Assembly: GCA_030295235.1 (NCBI GenBank)
Contig: AP026127.1
Coordinates: forward strand, 558,001-622,000
From: Fistulifera solaris
Lineage: Eukaryota
Direction of reading: 5' to 3'
DNA length: 64,000 bases
Each line of letters starts with the position of its first letter. The first letter of the stretch is position 1. Made by a program: the position numbers and the translations under genes. Shown here one piece after another: positions 26,421 to 38,462 of this stretch. The notes beneath the pieces were generated by a model. The model was not told where the DNA came from. It did no database searches and saw only the letters and a program-made list of their open reading frames with translations.

Positions 26421-26990
26421 TTAATTGTGTTTATTCTTCATTTGGAATCGTTTTTGATCTAATACGTCGCGAGGGTCAGGTCGAGTTGTTGCAAATTCGG
26501 AGTCGACTAAGCGGCTGCCAATTGGGAAGCCGTCTTGTTGGAGTTGTTCGGAAAGGTCTGTTTGGTAGGGGTTGAACAACGCGCAAGCCAGAAGGTAGTG
26601 GTTTTCAACAAAGTTTTCATCGAGCATGGTGTGGAGTCTTTTCCATAAAATCTACAATCTTCATCAATGATGTAGAAGTCAAGTGAGACAAGGTTCCCGT
26701 CTTCTGGGTTCTTTTTGTATGTTACGGTGGTGGCTGGGTCGTAATTGTTGTGATACTGTTCGACTGTATGCGATTCATGTTGGATGCAGCGGGCAAAGTC
26801 GTGTAGGTCGCGTAACATGTCTTCTATTGTTCTCGTTGGAATTCTGTGTTCGAAGGTATAGACGCACCATCCATATCTACAAACAGAGACTTCGCGCCCT
26901 TCGTCTTCACCGCTTCTCGGATTCTATTTTTCTTGGTAGAGCTGATCATAATACTCGCGGTCTAAATCCAAAAACGTTGAAATCGAAGTT
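26421..26990 (-). pseudogene. Decayed ORF of unknown family (in-frame stop and frameshift)
   Basis: ORFs 26507-26818 and 26421-26627 join by a frameshift; the frame extends upstream through a TAG (LDLDREYYDQLYQEK*NPRSGEDEG...). Confidence 0.4.
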
Positions 26991-26992
26991 AT

Positions 26993-27088
26993 CGCACGAT
27001 TCCGGATCACATGCAATGATGTTACGGCATGAATAGATGAAAGCGAACGCACGATTCCGGATCACATGCAATGATGTTACGGCATGAA
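26993..27088. repeat. 41-bp direct repeat, two copies 55 bp apart
   Basis: CGCACGATTCCGGATCACATGCAATGATGTTACGGCATGAA at 26993 and 27048. Confidence 0.9.
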
Positions 27089-28302
27089 CACGATACACGA
27101 CGGTTGCGGCGAAAAAACAAAAACCAGAGAACATCGAAATGAGAAGATCGCATGGATCACGGATCACCGAAGCCGCAAAGAAGAAAGAAACAAAACTCAG
27201 TCGGAAATCATTTCAGGAAAATTAGGAATAAATATGATACACTCTAGTGCTTTTTCAATAAGGCTAAACTTATACTGTATTTACTAAATAGAAATAGTCA
27301 TTGCTAACATCTCCTTTACAATACGGCACTTAAAGTTAGAAGCTATAGGCTACTTTTCATCAGACACTACATGTTTCTAAGCTGTCATGATCAAATTAAG
27401 ACGATAATAGATAGGCTGTTTCTTGTTCTTTCAAATAATTTAGCTGCCTATTTTGATACAAAATAGTAATCTTCTTAAAAATGACCGCAATTGACTATAC
27501 TTCTTCTAAGTAGTCGGAAAAACCTTGCCCGATTTTTTTTAGTACCTTCTGAACTATAGTAAATAGCCTAAAAATAGCCTGAAAAATAATGATGACTTCA
27601 AAAACCTCACCCCCCAAACCCCCCCTTCATCATCGAGCCGGTACACCAAAACGAAACGTTTCACTTTTTCGGACACCTTCCGAGCGGCGCAAGCACTAAT
27701 GCATGATACACATTTACCTTTGGAAGTGTGGTCCTTGAAAAGTGTACACAATCCAGTTGTCAAGTATATTCCTGTATTCATCTGGTGTCTGGTTGTGTTG
27801 CACTGGTTCGGTTTCTTACCAGCGGTTCAGGCAATTGACGACGAAAGACGGTGTCATATCTATCGACTGCATACGCCAAGCTTGAACTGGATAGCTATGG
27901 CTTTTCACGTTTAGCAATGGGTTTGGTATCGAAAGGCTGTTTGTTCTGTTTTCTTGCTCTACCTTTGTGAATCACTTTGAAAAAAGTTTCCAAGAAAGCG
28001 TATAAATTTAGCGCACTCGCAAAGCTCGGACCTCAGAGAAAAGTGAGACGGCATAGTAATGGCTGCTTAATATTGAACAAAACATAGGTTAAAGTAATGA
28101 ACGCACTCAATATTTAATATTGTATATGAGTGAATTCGACCATTTCATTATTGTTCGATTCCGGTCGAACCAGTTACAGAGGGCCTTCTTCTCCAGGCAC
28201 GACAATCGGTTCGCACACGACGATTTCCAATACATAGCGATTCCAGTATTCCCGTGCTTTTCGACGAGATTCAGGCGGAGCGTGGCGGCACATGCAGTCG
28301 TT

Positions 28303-28671
28303 TTATTTCTCTCCATACACGGCCCAGCAATCCGTTTCCTTGGGACCGCCACCGTTGACAACCTTCACAAAGCCGTTCCTTTCTAAATATTCCTTGGCCA
28401 TTTGTCCTCGACTTCCCGCACCGCAATGGGTAATGATGGGCGTATCTTTGGGGACCGACGGAAGGGGCATCCGATCCGTGGTGCGATCCCAAATCAAATT
28501 GATTGCTTTTGGTCGATACGTTTCGGACGGTAAAGCGGTCCGCGCAATGCTCTTCACGTCTTCTCCCTCCGGGTCTGGACTGCGTACATCGACGACGAGC
28601 AGTCGATCGCCGGCCTCCGTGACAAATGCTTCCAGCTCTTCGGCGGATGCGACTCCTTCTTTGCGTGTCAT
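28303..28671 (-). CDS. Single-domain rhodanese/sulfurtransferase
   Basis: VVDVRS, KAINL, PIITHCGAGSRG, GFVKVVNGGG. Confidence 0.9.
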   Translation of the reverse strand: MTRKEGVASAEELEAFVTEAGDRLLVVDVRSPDPEGEDVKSIARTALPSETYRPKAINLIWDRTTDRMPLPSVPKDTPIITHCGAGSRGQMAKEYLERNGFVKVVNGGGPKETDCWAVYGEK

Positions 28672-28948
28672 GATACAATGTCACCCTTGACGTCTTTGGT
28701 ATTGTTGAAGATGAAGGATGAAAACAGCAGATGAAAAACGCAGTTGTGAAAAAAGCGGAACTTACTTGCGAAAAATAATACGATGACGCAGACCCAGACC
28801 TCGCGCACCTCTTGGTTGACTGTACGCATTTGAGTTGTTTTGGTGACATGCAAATGTTTTTTACATAAGCGATAAAAATGACACGGTACTGGATTGGTAT
28901 TTCAGAAACTCAAAAAGCTTTCTATGGTGCAATCTTTGCGTGCGACGG

Positions 28949-29342
28949 TGTCAGGTTGAGGGTCTGGACGTCAATCAGAGTGGCTTATATATCATGGATC
29001 GGGGTAGAAATACGACGTGATTGGGTTGGCTCTGTGGTTCGATTCCACAGTACGTTAGTATTTTCAACATGGTAACGTGCAGGGTTCGAACCCTGGCGGA
29101 GTGAGTTTGTTGCCGACTCCTGTGAAGCCGGGAGGATAAAAGAACAGGGCTTGAAGCGGTCTCAAGCGAGGAGGCTGAAGGGCAAAACAGTACGATCATG
29201 ATAGTATAAGGCCAGGGAGGATGTCAGGTTGAGGGTCTGGACGTCAATCAGAGTGGCTTATATATCATGGATCGGGGTAGAAATACGACGTGATTGGGTT
29301 GGCTCTGTGGTTCGATTCCACAGTACGTTAGTATTTTCAACA
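28949..29342 (+). mobile_element. TRIM (terminal-repeat retrotransposon in miniature), non-autonomous LTR element
   Basis: Identical 121-bp TG...CA repeats (28949-29069, 29222-29342); TGG-initiated PBS at 29070; purine-rich AAGGCCAGGGAGGA before the 3' LTR; CGACGG target-site duplication at 28943-28948 and 29343-29348. Confidence 0.93.
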
Positions 29343-29473
29343 CGACGGCGTATCTGCTTTTGCTTTTTCCACATCATATAAACACAACAACAATGAATAA
29401 TCATCTACAGTCGTGCTAAGTTATTACGAATGAATTACGTTTCCTTATCTTCTATGCGACTCTTATCAAGGCG

Positions 29474-30334
29474 ATGATGCCTTTTATATGCCGCTGCAAG
29501 GTCTTCCAGCGTGTTCTCGTCGTAGGGTTATTCAGCATCTTTATTTTCTCGAGTGATGCGATTGTCGTTTGCCGACGCGCTTTTCTCGCTTCGACGCTCT
29601 CCGTTGCCTTGCCATTAATTCCCTCTCCTTCGCTCGTGTTAGCTCCGGAAGTTGCAGCTCCCTTCCAATTAGCGCATTCGAACAACAATTCACCAGATTT
29701 TGTGTATTCCGATTCTTGGACCGGTACCCATCTGCCCCGCATCAACCTCACGGATGCTACGTCAACCAAGACGACAGTCTGGCCCATGGGACGATGGCCC
29801 GATCCGGTGCTCCGCCAACCGGCGGAATCCGTCTCATCCGAATTCTTTGGATCAACAGAATTGCAACAAGCCTGTTTGCTGTTACAAAACACAGCTCGGC
29901 GCCATCGGGCCGTCGGATTGGCGGCGCAGCAATGTGGTGTGAATGCCCGCATCGTGTACCTGGAGCGTCCTTTTAATAGTCTTACCATGATCAATCCCCG
30001 GATCGTTGAACGTTGCCCCGAAACGGAAATGCGGGTGTGGACGGAACACTGTTTGGTGTTACCCCCAACGTTTGCGGCCACCGTCTTGCGCGATGCCTGG
30101 ATTGTTGTCGAATATCAAGAAGCTTCGACGGGAGTATGGAAGTCGGTGACTTTGCGGGGTGAATTGGCACGCGCCGCACAACACGAATTGGATCACGATC
30201 GAGGGATTCTAGTGACGGATCACGTCGAACTCTCCGAATTGGAGAATGATGTCATGCGATCCATAGAAACACCGGGACACGCGTACCGCATGGAAATGGC
30301 TTACAGTAGGGCAGTGGAAAATTCAGTGTTCTAG
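29474..30334 (+). CDS. def: Peptide deformylase, organelle-targeted
   Basis: PDPVLR, VGLAAQQCG, MINPRI, EHCL, QHELDH motifs; hydrophobic N-terminal presequence. Confidence 0.9.
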   Translation: MMPFICRCKVFQRVLVVGLFSIFIFSSDAIVVCRRAFLASTLSVALPLIPSPSLVLAPEVAAPFQLAHSNNNSPDFVYSDSWTGTHLPRINLTDATSTKTTVWPMGRWPDPVLRQPAESVSSEFFGSTELQQACLLLQNTARRHRAVGLAAQQCGVNARIVYLERPFNSLTMINPRIVERCPETEMRVWTEHCLVLPPTFAATVLRDAWIVVEYQEASTGVWKSVTLRGELARAAQHELDHDRGILVTDHVELSELENDVMRSIETPGHAYRMEMAYSRAVENSVF

Positions 30335-30921
30335 AGTGGCTAATAGACAGTAATACGGAGTTGCGACGGGCGTATCAGCGTTGGTACATCAGTGGTTTTC
30401 GCCGTGCTATAAACCCCGAGTCACCTTCCCAGTTGTGGGATCCAACAACCGTTTTCCGGTTTAGACTACTTTTCACTCTCAAATGCTCCAAAAACATTTT
30501 TCGACTAGTGGTTTGCTAATATCTGAACTACATTGAAGCAACTTTGATTCAATAGCTAACACTCCTTCGCCTGCCGATACCCCATCGATGGATGATTCGT
30601 CTTCGACGGACGACAGTTCTTCATGGGATACCGATCCAGAATCATGTTTGAGCGCCAACTCCATTGCAGCAGAAGAAGCCGTCATTCAGATGCAAGCAGT
30701 TAGCTCCCGTTGATGGCGAGTCCTGCTTCCTCACCGTGATTGCTGCTTCGTTGGCATACTTTACTCTTTAGAGACGGATACAGTAACTCAATTCTTCGAT
30801 AAACTGATACAGACAATACTTCGTTTCTCTGTCTGGTGCCGGTTTCGCTGAAGGTACTCGACGCAACGGCCTGACCTCACTTTTCTGTTGTCGTGTTTTG
30901 TATAGAGGACTATCGTCGCAT

Positions 30922-31786
30922 TCAAGTAGCATCGCTTGTGATCGTGTCGAGCCAGGATCGAGCCTTCCATTCATTGTTACGACATTTCAGTTCGATCCAT
31001 CGACTTTGATCTCCATAGGCTTGATTGACCCACAGAGTCAACGCCTTTTCATCGGTGTCACATGCCACAGTAACATTACCCGGCAACCCAAAGGCATGCT
31101 TGATGTTTCCGTCGAGTGCGGCGAGATTTGTCGGAATGCAAAATTGATTGAGTGAACTCTCCAGGGCACGCAACTCGGGTCCAACCCATCCCGACACTGA
31201 CCGAGCATCCAATCCTCCACCATCGGCGCGACGACCTTCGGTACTCGTTTCGGAGATTTTGCGTTCCAAATACAACGAAATCGGTTTTTGGAGACTGCCC
31301 GTCGATACATCACAATTCAAAACGACACGCGATCGATGATTGTTTGGCTGAGCAAAGACGCATTCCAGGCGGGACGAAGACACGTACACAGACGCTGCAA
31401 TATTTTCGTTCGTTTTCCACAAGGGCGTTCCCAGTGTTTCACGGCGTTGCAAAACTTCCAGATTGTCGAGTCCACAGCCCGTTTCAGGCAAGACGGTCAA
31501 AACATGTCGCGTGTCGTCCTCATTTTCCGACACGATCACTTCCAATGCCGAGGGTGCTTGTCCCCATTCCAACAACGCTTGCGGTACATAGAACTCGGGT
31601 ACCGAAATGTGCGTCCCATCGATATCGTATGTCACATGATAGCCCGCATAGTCTCCGCGTGCCTTAAGTCGAGACAAGGATCGATGCGGTGGTCGTGTGA
31701 GTGACGAAAAAGGCAACGGCGGGCCCCACGCGAAAAATGGAAACAAGCAAAGGTAAAGCGACGGATCTGTGCGACAAATGAATCAT
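30922..31786 (-). CDS. Hypothetical protein with N-terminal presequence
   Basis: 274-aa ORF with protein-like composition; ATG at 31786 joined through a probable frameshift. Confidence 0.6.
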
Positions 31787-32810
31787 GCTTGAAGAATGAA
31801 ATTGTAACAAATAAATACGGAGTAGTGGTTATTACCAGTAAACGGAAACAATGAATGTGATAAACACAATCATGCAAGGCAATAAAAAATTGCAATCATG
31901 GCGATCGACCTCGTGCCACAACCAAAACAAGAATGTGTCGCAGCATTACTGTAATGGGAAAGAGTGAGTACTTCGTACCGTAGTATTGAGTATCGAGTCT
32001 ATACCTGGTAACCTGGTAAGGTTAAGGATTTTAGGGAAAAAGCACGATGCCAAAAGGATTGCCTTTTCCTGTCTTCCAACACAACAACAGCAATTTGCAT
32101 TGTACCAGGTACTGTACGCACCTGGTAACTAAACCGAGACTATGAACTATGAAATTTATAGTCTTTTTGCCATTATGCCGACGTGAAAGAATCAGTCAAC
32201 TCGGTTGCTTCTTTTTCTTTCGTCCAAGATCTAAAAACAGCTGATTTCAGATAGGGAACATGACGAATTCGAAAGAATCAAAGGCGGAACTACAAGGAGC
32301 AGCTCTTTGCTCACCGCTGCTCTAGGATCGTAGAAGGAGAGGAGAGGAGATTGCGGATTTCCGAAAAGGAGTAGAGAGACGGTGGTCAGTGGTCAGTAAT
32401 CAAGAGTCAAGAGTCAAGGATTTGTCAAAATACCAGTAATGATGCAAGAATAGAAAGAATTGTCCTATTTCTAGAAACTAAAGGTGAAGAGCCAGAGCAG
32501 AATTGGCGATTGGCTGGTCCTACAGTACTACTCACGACTCATAATCTACTTGCAATCTGTGACTGGGAGCCTTAAGAAGATCGTGCATCATGAAAGACAT
32601 GCATGCGTCACGCCCTCCGTGACGTAAAAACGCTTGAACTTTGAATCGTACCAAATAGGAAACGGTTGACGACGACTCCTAATGCAAAGCGTCATCCTCT
32701 CCCGATTCTAATTATGCGATCTTGCTCGCTCCTCGCTCACTTCCTTTGCAATCACAATTATTTTAACGAGTATTTGCCTTTTTAACGTCAAAACAAGCAA
32801 CAAAAAGATC

Positions 32811-33481
32811 ATGAAGTTTTTCACTTTAGGCATCATCTTCTTTGCTTCTTTGGTCAGCGCCCAAAACAATCGCGCTCGTCCCAACAATCAAGCGGCGCAA
32901 TCGTCAACAAAGCAATAGCAACTCCCGGGATAACCGTCCTAACAACAACCGAGCACGCCCCGCCTGTTAACAACAACCGTCCCCGTCCTAACAATCGCTC
33001 AAGAAGTAACAGCAATTCCCGGGACAACCGCCCTAACAACAACAACCGCCCCAACAACAACCGCGCCAGGAACAATGATTCCGATTCCAGTGATTCTCGT
33101 CGCGGCCTTCAGAACTACGTGGACTCGGTTGACAATACGGCTTCTTTCGACAGTCCTTCCATGGACTCCGTCGACAGTCCTCTCGTGAACAGTACTTCCT
33201 ACAAGGACAGTGCTTCCGTCGATGATACCACGTCTGCAGACAACACTCCCTCTATCGACAATCCTTCCGTCGATGATCCAACTTCGGCAGACAGCACTCC
33301 CTCCATGGACGACGGTTCTTCTTTAGGCGATTCCTCGTCTGCCGACTCGGCCGCCGCATCTCTTAGCGAGAACGCTAGTGTCGTTCAGATGCAAGAAGTC
33401 AGCTCGGCCTCGATGACGAGCGCTCCTATCTTCATGAAGGCAAGCTTGATTGCTGCATTGGTTGCTTACTTTGTCATTTAG
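32811..33481 (+). CDS. Secreted low-complexity protein: N/R-rich block, RRGL, D/S-rich block, GPI-like tail
   Basis: Manual translation MKFFTLGIIFFASLVSAQNNRARPNN...; two apparent frameshifts in the N/R repeats; ends with ORF 33119-33481. Confidence 0.8.
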
Positions 33482-33706
33482 AGAAAGATAAAATAGAATA
33501 AAGCTCAATAGCACCATTTGTGGTCGTCGTGCCGATTCGCTCACTTGTACCCTCTAGTCAGCTTCACGGCATCACATCCCTTGTAGCCGACTGAGACGTC
33601 TCGATGCTGTTCCCTTTCAAAGTGTAGTGAATCCAAACTCTTTTCAAGTCCAAATTTGTTCAGTTACATTGCACATCATAACCTTCTTTCCCGCATTACC
33701 ATCCTC

Positions 33707-34776
33707 TCAAACCCCCATCAATTCCAACATGGCATCCCCGAAGGCGACACCGATATCGTAGTATGTATCCGCGTGGCCATGATAGTGAAAACCTGTATTG
33801 TAGTGTTCGGTACGGTTCTCGTGCGTGAAGGCTCGTGCATCCACCAATTGGCTGGTGTTAGGAAATAATTCCGTCACGGCTTTCTGTGCGTCACGGACTC
33901 GTTGCAAATTTTCCTGGTCCTTGGGTTTTCCTCGGTATTGCCCACATTCACCAATGACAAAACATAAATCGGGGACATCCAAAGCGCTGCGAATGTCTTG
34001 AATCAAGTGCACCAAATTCGTCTTGTATTCACTATTCTTCTGAGGACTTTGATCCGCCCATCCCTGAAACCAAACGAATCCCTTGATTTCGTACGGCTCA
34101 TCGAGTGCGGCTAAGGAGTGGTTCACAATTGACATCATCTCACGATAGGCGGCACCGTACTTTTCGTCAATAAACGGTTTGTGTCGAAAATTCGTGTAAT
34201 TGCCCAAACCCGCCGATGGCGGTCGAAAATTACCGCCAAGGAATATCCATCCCAAGCTGTTTTGATAATCAGAATATTGTGCTTCGGAAGAGCTTCCGAA
34301 ATCGTCCATCCAAACCCGAGTTCCGGTCCTATAAAACTCTCATTGAAGCCCAATCCGATCGTCAATGACTCTACTTGCCGGGAAGGAAGGACGACACGTA
34401 CGCGAGATCGGACACGCCACTGGTCGTTTTCATCCACCAAATGAGTATAGTTTCCTTTCTCGATGAGTGAATGAAGATGCTGGACGCTCCCAAAGCCCAC
34501 CATGTTTGATTGTCCGGCCATGAGAAAGACTTGTACCGGTTGCGACGTTTCCGATAACCAATCGTCTTCGTCTTTCCATACAACGGCAAGTTCACTATCG
34601 AGTGAGTTGATGGGTTTCGTTATGCCGAATAAAGCAGAAAGAGATAAGAGTAGGAATACGAGAACGGTGTAGTAGGCATGACGGCTGTGTTGGGGTGGAG
34701 AAACCGATCCGGTCATTTGAGGAAGAAGGCCATCATACTCGTCATCCTCTTCCTTCCGTTCCATTTCCAAACGCAT
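33707..34776 (-). CDS. SGNH sialate O-acetylesterase-like (SASA/DUF303), type II membrane; frameshift near 34230
   Basis: VFLMAGQSNM, GPELGFG, IIKTAWDG, GFVWFQG, FHYHG. Confidence 0.88.
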
Positions 34777-34947
34777 CCTTCACCCGCGTCCTTCAACGTC
34801 ACTGCCTTTCTCGCTTAGTTAAGCATAATTCTGTACTAAGTGATACAGCTTGTCTTGTTGTTGTCTATTCATTCATTCATTCATTTTCATTCGCTTAAAC
34901 CAACTTTTTTATTACTCGAGAGCGAGCGCGTCAAGTGCCTTTGCGTC

Positions 34948-35245
34948 ACCAAATAATCTGGAAGTGCATTTTTACGTACACAAATATTCTGTGGTGAAGT
35001 GTTATGTGTGTGTTTACATAACCAGAAAATCTGGGAGTGGAGTTATTATGTGTCTTTGTCTTTGAGAAACCCAGAAACCAGAAGATTTGGAAATGCATTT
35101 TCAAGTATACGGATAATCTGTGGGATATGTGTCGATGTCTTTGCGTAACCAGAAAAATCTGGAGTTTCATCTTCACGTATACAAATAATCTGTGCGATAT
35201 GTGTCTCTATGTTCAAGTTAAAATATTAGCCAGAAGATCTGGCAG
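34948..35245. repeat. Degenerate minisatellite with CCAGAAAATCTGG core
   Basis: Recurrent CCAGAAAATCTGG / ATAATCTGTG...ATATGTGTC / TTCACGTATAC elements. Confidence 0.7.
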
Positions 35246-35927
35246 GGAGACACGGGAACGCACCTCTGCTTGGTACATTTTTCTACGCAAGCCTACGTGA
35301 GTGTACACTTTTTCCCGAACCTTCCAGTGCACTTTCAGGAACACGGAACAAATAATACTGTCCGAGGCTCAAGGTTCCTGAGGCGAAACGGTTATACCAA
35401 AGAGCAAGACACCATGAGATACGTGTAAGCCATACAAATTGATTATACATTTTTGCGCTTTCATTTTGTGGCCCTTTTGTCGCATTTATAATCTTTTTCC
35501 GTACGTGGAGCGTGACGCGTGACTGGTGGTTTGCCTGAACCAACACATTGATCCTATAGTTACCCTGGCAGTCAACTATCCGGATGCATTTTCGAAGGCG
35601 TAAATCAAGATGTTGCGATTCAAATGGAAATCATTCATTTACCTTGACACTCATAAAGCTTTTAATTCATTTTACACTTTGTGCTATTATTTGTGGCCCT
35701 CTTAACGACCACATTAAAGGTTTTCATTCATGACTGCAGTCGTGGTACAGTAAAGTTGATTCTTCAACAGTTTGGGTGTATAGTGATTATTTGAGAATCA
35801 TCTATTTGTTTGCTGCATCTTGCGCAAAGATAAATAATTCATTCTGTCTTTATACTTTTCTTCATTATAACTAGAGAAAGCGCTAAATTTGTTGGGTGTC
35901 ATTGAGAAGTGTGCACAAAGGCATGCA

Positions 35928-37274
35928 TTAATCAAAATAATTGAGTGGAGAGATCGACGATAAACCATCCACTTCATCTCTCATTCCTGGATGCATTTGT
36001 GATGGTGCCAGATTCGTCGGCGGCTGACCGCTATTGAGAGGATCCATGGTAGATGGGTAGCGAGAAAAGCTAGGATATTGCGCGTAAGAACTGTTTTGCG
36101 GCTGCAATCCCATCATTGATTGGTCGCTTCGCAGCTGTTGCCCGTATAGGGGCATCGAATAATACGAATGATTTGGGACTTCAGTGCCGGAAAAACGACC
36201 AAGGTCCGCGTAATTGGTGTTGTGATAGGCTTGGTCTCTTAACGAATGATATGCCTGAGAGGACATGTTTGTGACAGCACCCGTACCCCACACGGATTGC
36301 ATGCTTTGCAATGGAGGCGGCCCCATTGAGTCGACATAGTCTCTCAGCGATGTTCCCGACCCAGCCGCAGAGTTTGATTGAATATAGCTTGCTTGATTCA
36401 CCGCTGGCGGGAGAAACGTCGATTGCGCTGATAAAGACATCCCCGAGTGCATGCTGCTGACTTGATTTCTCGACGCATACAAGCGTTGCTGATCGAAAAA
36501 ATATGGATCATTCTCTCCACGATGCAAGCCGGAGTAGATGCCTTGACTTAATGGAACATTTCCTCCCAATGTTTGCCTGTATAAAGCGCTCGAAAAATCA
36601 TACGTCTGAGGTTGCGTGGTTTCCACATCTTCTCGCAAAGTCAACTTTTGTTTCGAAGTGGTTATGTCTTGCGATGTTTCTACACTCTTTGGTTTCTTGC
36701 GTTGCTGGACAAGCTTTTTGGCTTTTCGAGAAGATGGTGCGGCTTCGGCTTCTTTCAGCTTGCTGTCTTTCGAAAGCTCTCCTTTCTCTGCTTTATACAG
36801 ACTCACCGCTTTTTCATAACGAATTTTTTCAACGTCGGCTCGTCTCTGAAACATTTCCTTGGATTCCGGATCGAGCTCTTTCCATTTGGTTCCCAACATC
36901 TTGGCCAGTTCGGTGAAGCCAATCACGCCATGTTCTCGACGATGTCGTCGCTTCGCATGCCTCCGCGTATCCACATCGATTCGATCGATATCAGCTTGCT
37001 GCAATGGGATCAACGATTCACCCGCCAAAAGTCGCTCTCGGCCCCATTGAAAGAAAAGATTGTAGGCACTCAACGGCCGCTTGGGATGATCGGCTGGCTT
37101 TTTCCATCGTTTCCGTTGTTGCTTCTTCACAGTACCAGGCGTTGTTGAAGCCATATCCTCTTCTTGTTCTTCCTCTTCATCGTCTTCTTCTCGGAACGAG
37201 AGGATTTCGGAAAGTGGTGAAGGAGGCGCACGTAAATCTGAAGTGGGCTGTGGCGATAGACTAAAATCTGCCAT
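35928..37274 (-). CDS. HMG-box transcription factor
   Basis: KPADHPKRPLSAYNLFF...HGVIGFTELAKMLGTKWKEL...RY; long S/Q/Y-rich tail. Confidence 0.9.
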   Translation of the reverse strand: MADFSLSPQPTSDLRAPPSPLSEILSFREEDDEEEEQEEDMASTTPGTVKKQQRKRWKKPADHPKRPLSAYNLFFQWGRERLLAGESLIPLQQADIDRIDVDTRRHAKRRHRREHGVIGFTELAKMLGTKWKELDPESKEMFQRRADVEKIRYEKAVSLYKAEKGELSKDSKLKEAEAAPSSRKAKKLVQQRKKPKSVETSQDITTSKQKLTLREDVETTQPQTYDFSSALYRQTLGGNVPLSQGIYSGLHRGENDPYFFDQQRLYASRNQVSSMHSGMSLSAQSTFLPPAVNQASYIQSNSAAGSGTSLRDYVDSMGPPPLQSMQSVWGTGAVTNMSSQAYHSLRDQAYHNTNYADLGRFSGTEVPNHSYYSMPLYGQQLRSDQSMMGLQPQNSSYAQYPSFSRYPSTMDPLNSGQPPTNLAPSQMHPGMRDEVDGLSSISPLNYFD

Positions 37275-38462
37275 GTTTGAACGTTCACGTTGGAAAAGAT
37301 AACAATGCAGAGAAGATTTCTCCTTTGTACTTTCAAACAACGATTGACTTGGATAACTCGCTGTCAGCATCTATCGCATTGCTCTTGAGGATCGTCGTGC
37401 TTTTTGGGACAAGAATAATGTGCAGTTAGTTTCACCAAACTCCCATCCAGTTAAAGATTACAAGACGGCGAGAAGATGGTTTCAAAAGTAGCAACAAAGG
37501 TACCTCACGCAAGGTTTACTCTCTTATCATTCCAACTCCGCTAGTGATTAGTGATTCAAACAAGATAATGGATGAGATGCCTGTGAAAGATGATTAAGCC
37601 GGTCCTGTTGCCAACTTGGCTGCCTCGATGGTGCGATTTCGTGGTTGAAAAGGCGTTTGTCCCGTAGCTTTCCATTTTCCCTTGATACAAAGAGTAGTGC
37701 TTGGTCAATTCGAAGTTCCGACCCTTGAAGTTAGGACAATTGTTTACGGAACTTTATTCCTCATTTTTCTGAAGGCAATAGTAAGCAAACAATAGCCTAT
37801 CAGAAGTGGTCGGCCTTCTCTCAGTAGGTTAGGCGCGATTCAGTCTTGACAGCATAATCTGTGTTTACAAGTAAATTCTATACTTGAATCTTCTTGCAGT
37901 ATTGTGTCCTAAATGCTAAAACTTTGAGTTCTCTGCTTCCAAGAAACGGCACTCCGTTTCGGACACCGTTTTCCGATTGTCAAGAGTCAAGAATCAAGAT
38001 GGTTGATATCATATTTATTCCTAATTTTCCTGAAATGCGGATGCTTTTTCGACATTTGACTGAATTTTCCACTGGTTTTTCTCTTTTGGCACAAATATTT
38101 TTTTCTTTCTTTCAGAAACTCCGATTTCTGAATCACTGTACCACAGTTAGTAGTAAAGCGACAAACCTGCGCCGGTTTCCCAGTGCGGAGGATTGCGCTG
38201 TGGCGCGCCATGGTTGATTGCTTATTCCCCCCCCCCTCCGCTTTTCGTGTTTCTCCGGAACGAGTGTTGTGCAAGCTCCCTTAAGAACCGGGCTATGTGA
38301 ACCGTGAATGGATTTTGTGACTGAATGACTCCTCCTCGGAGGACGAGAGACGAGAGACGCAAAAACGCGAAAAAGACATCTTCATTTTTGAAGCAAAGGA
38401 GCCAAAGCTGCCTCTATACGCTATGAAGAACGTACTCAGCAAATCGATATGAGATAGAAAAT

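Noticed and set aside
28967..29060. LTR as a functional tRNA gene
   Set aside because: Only the T-arm folds convincingly; no proper D-arm, anticodon arm or 7-bp acceptor stem
30340..30900. Possible extra minus-strand gene fragment
   Set aside because: Short broken ORFs with no recognisable motif
31990..32130. TACCWGGTA-type short palindromes in intergenic DNA (also ~10030, ~17432, ~51185)
   Set aside because: Possibly promoter motifs, but too short and too few to support without genome-wide statistics
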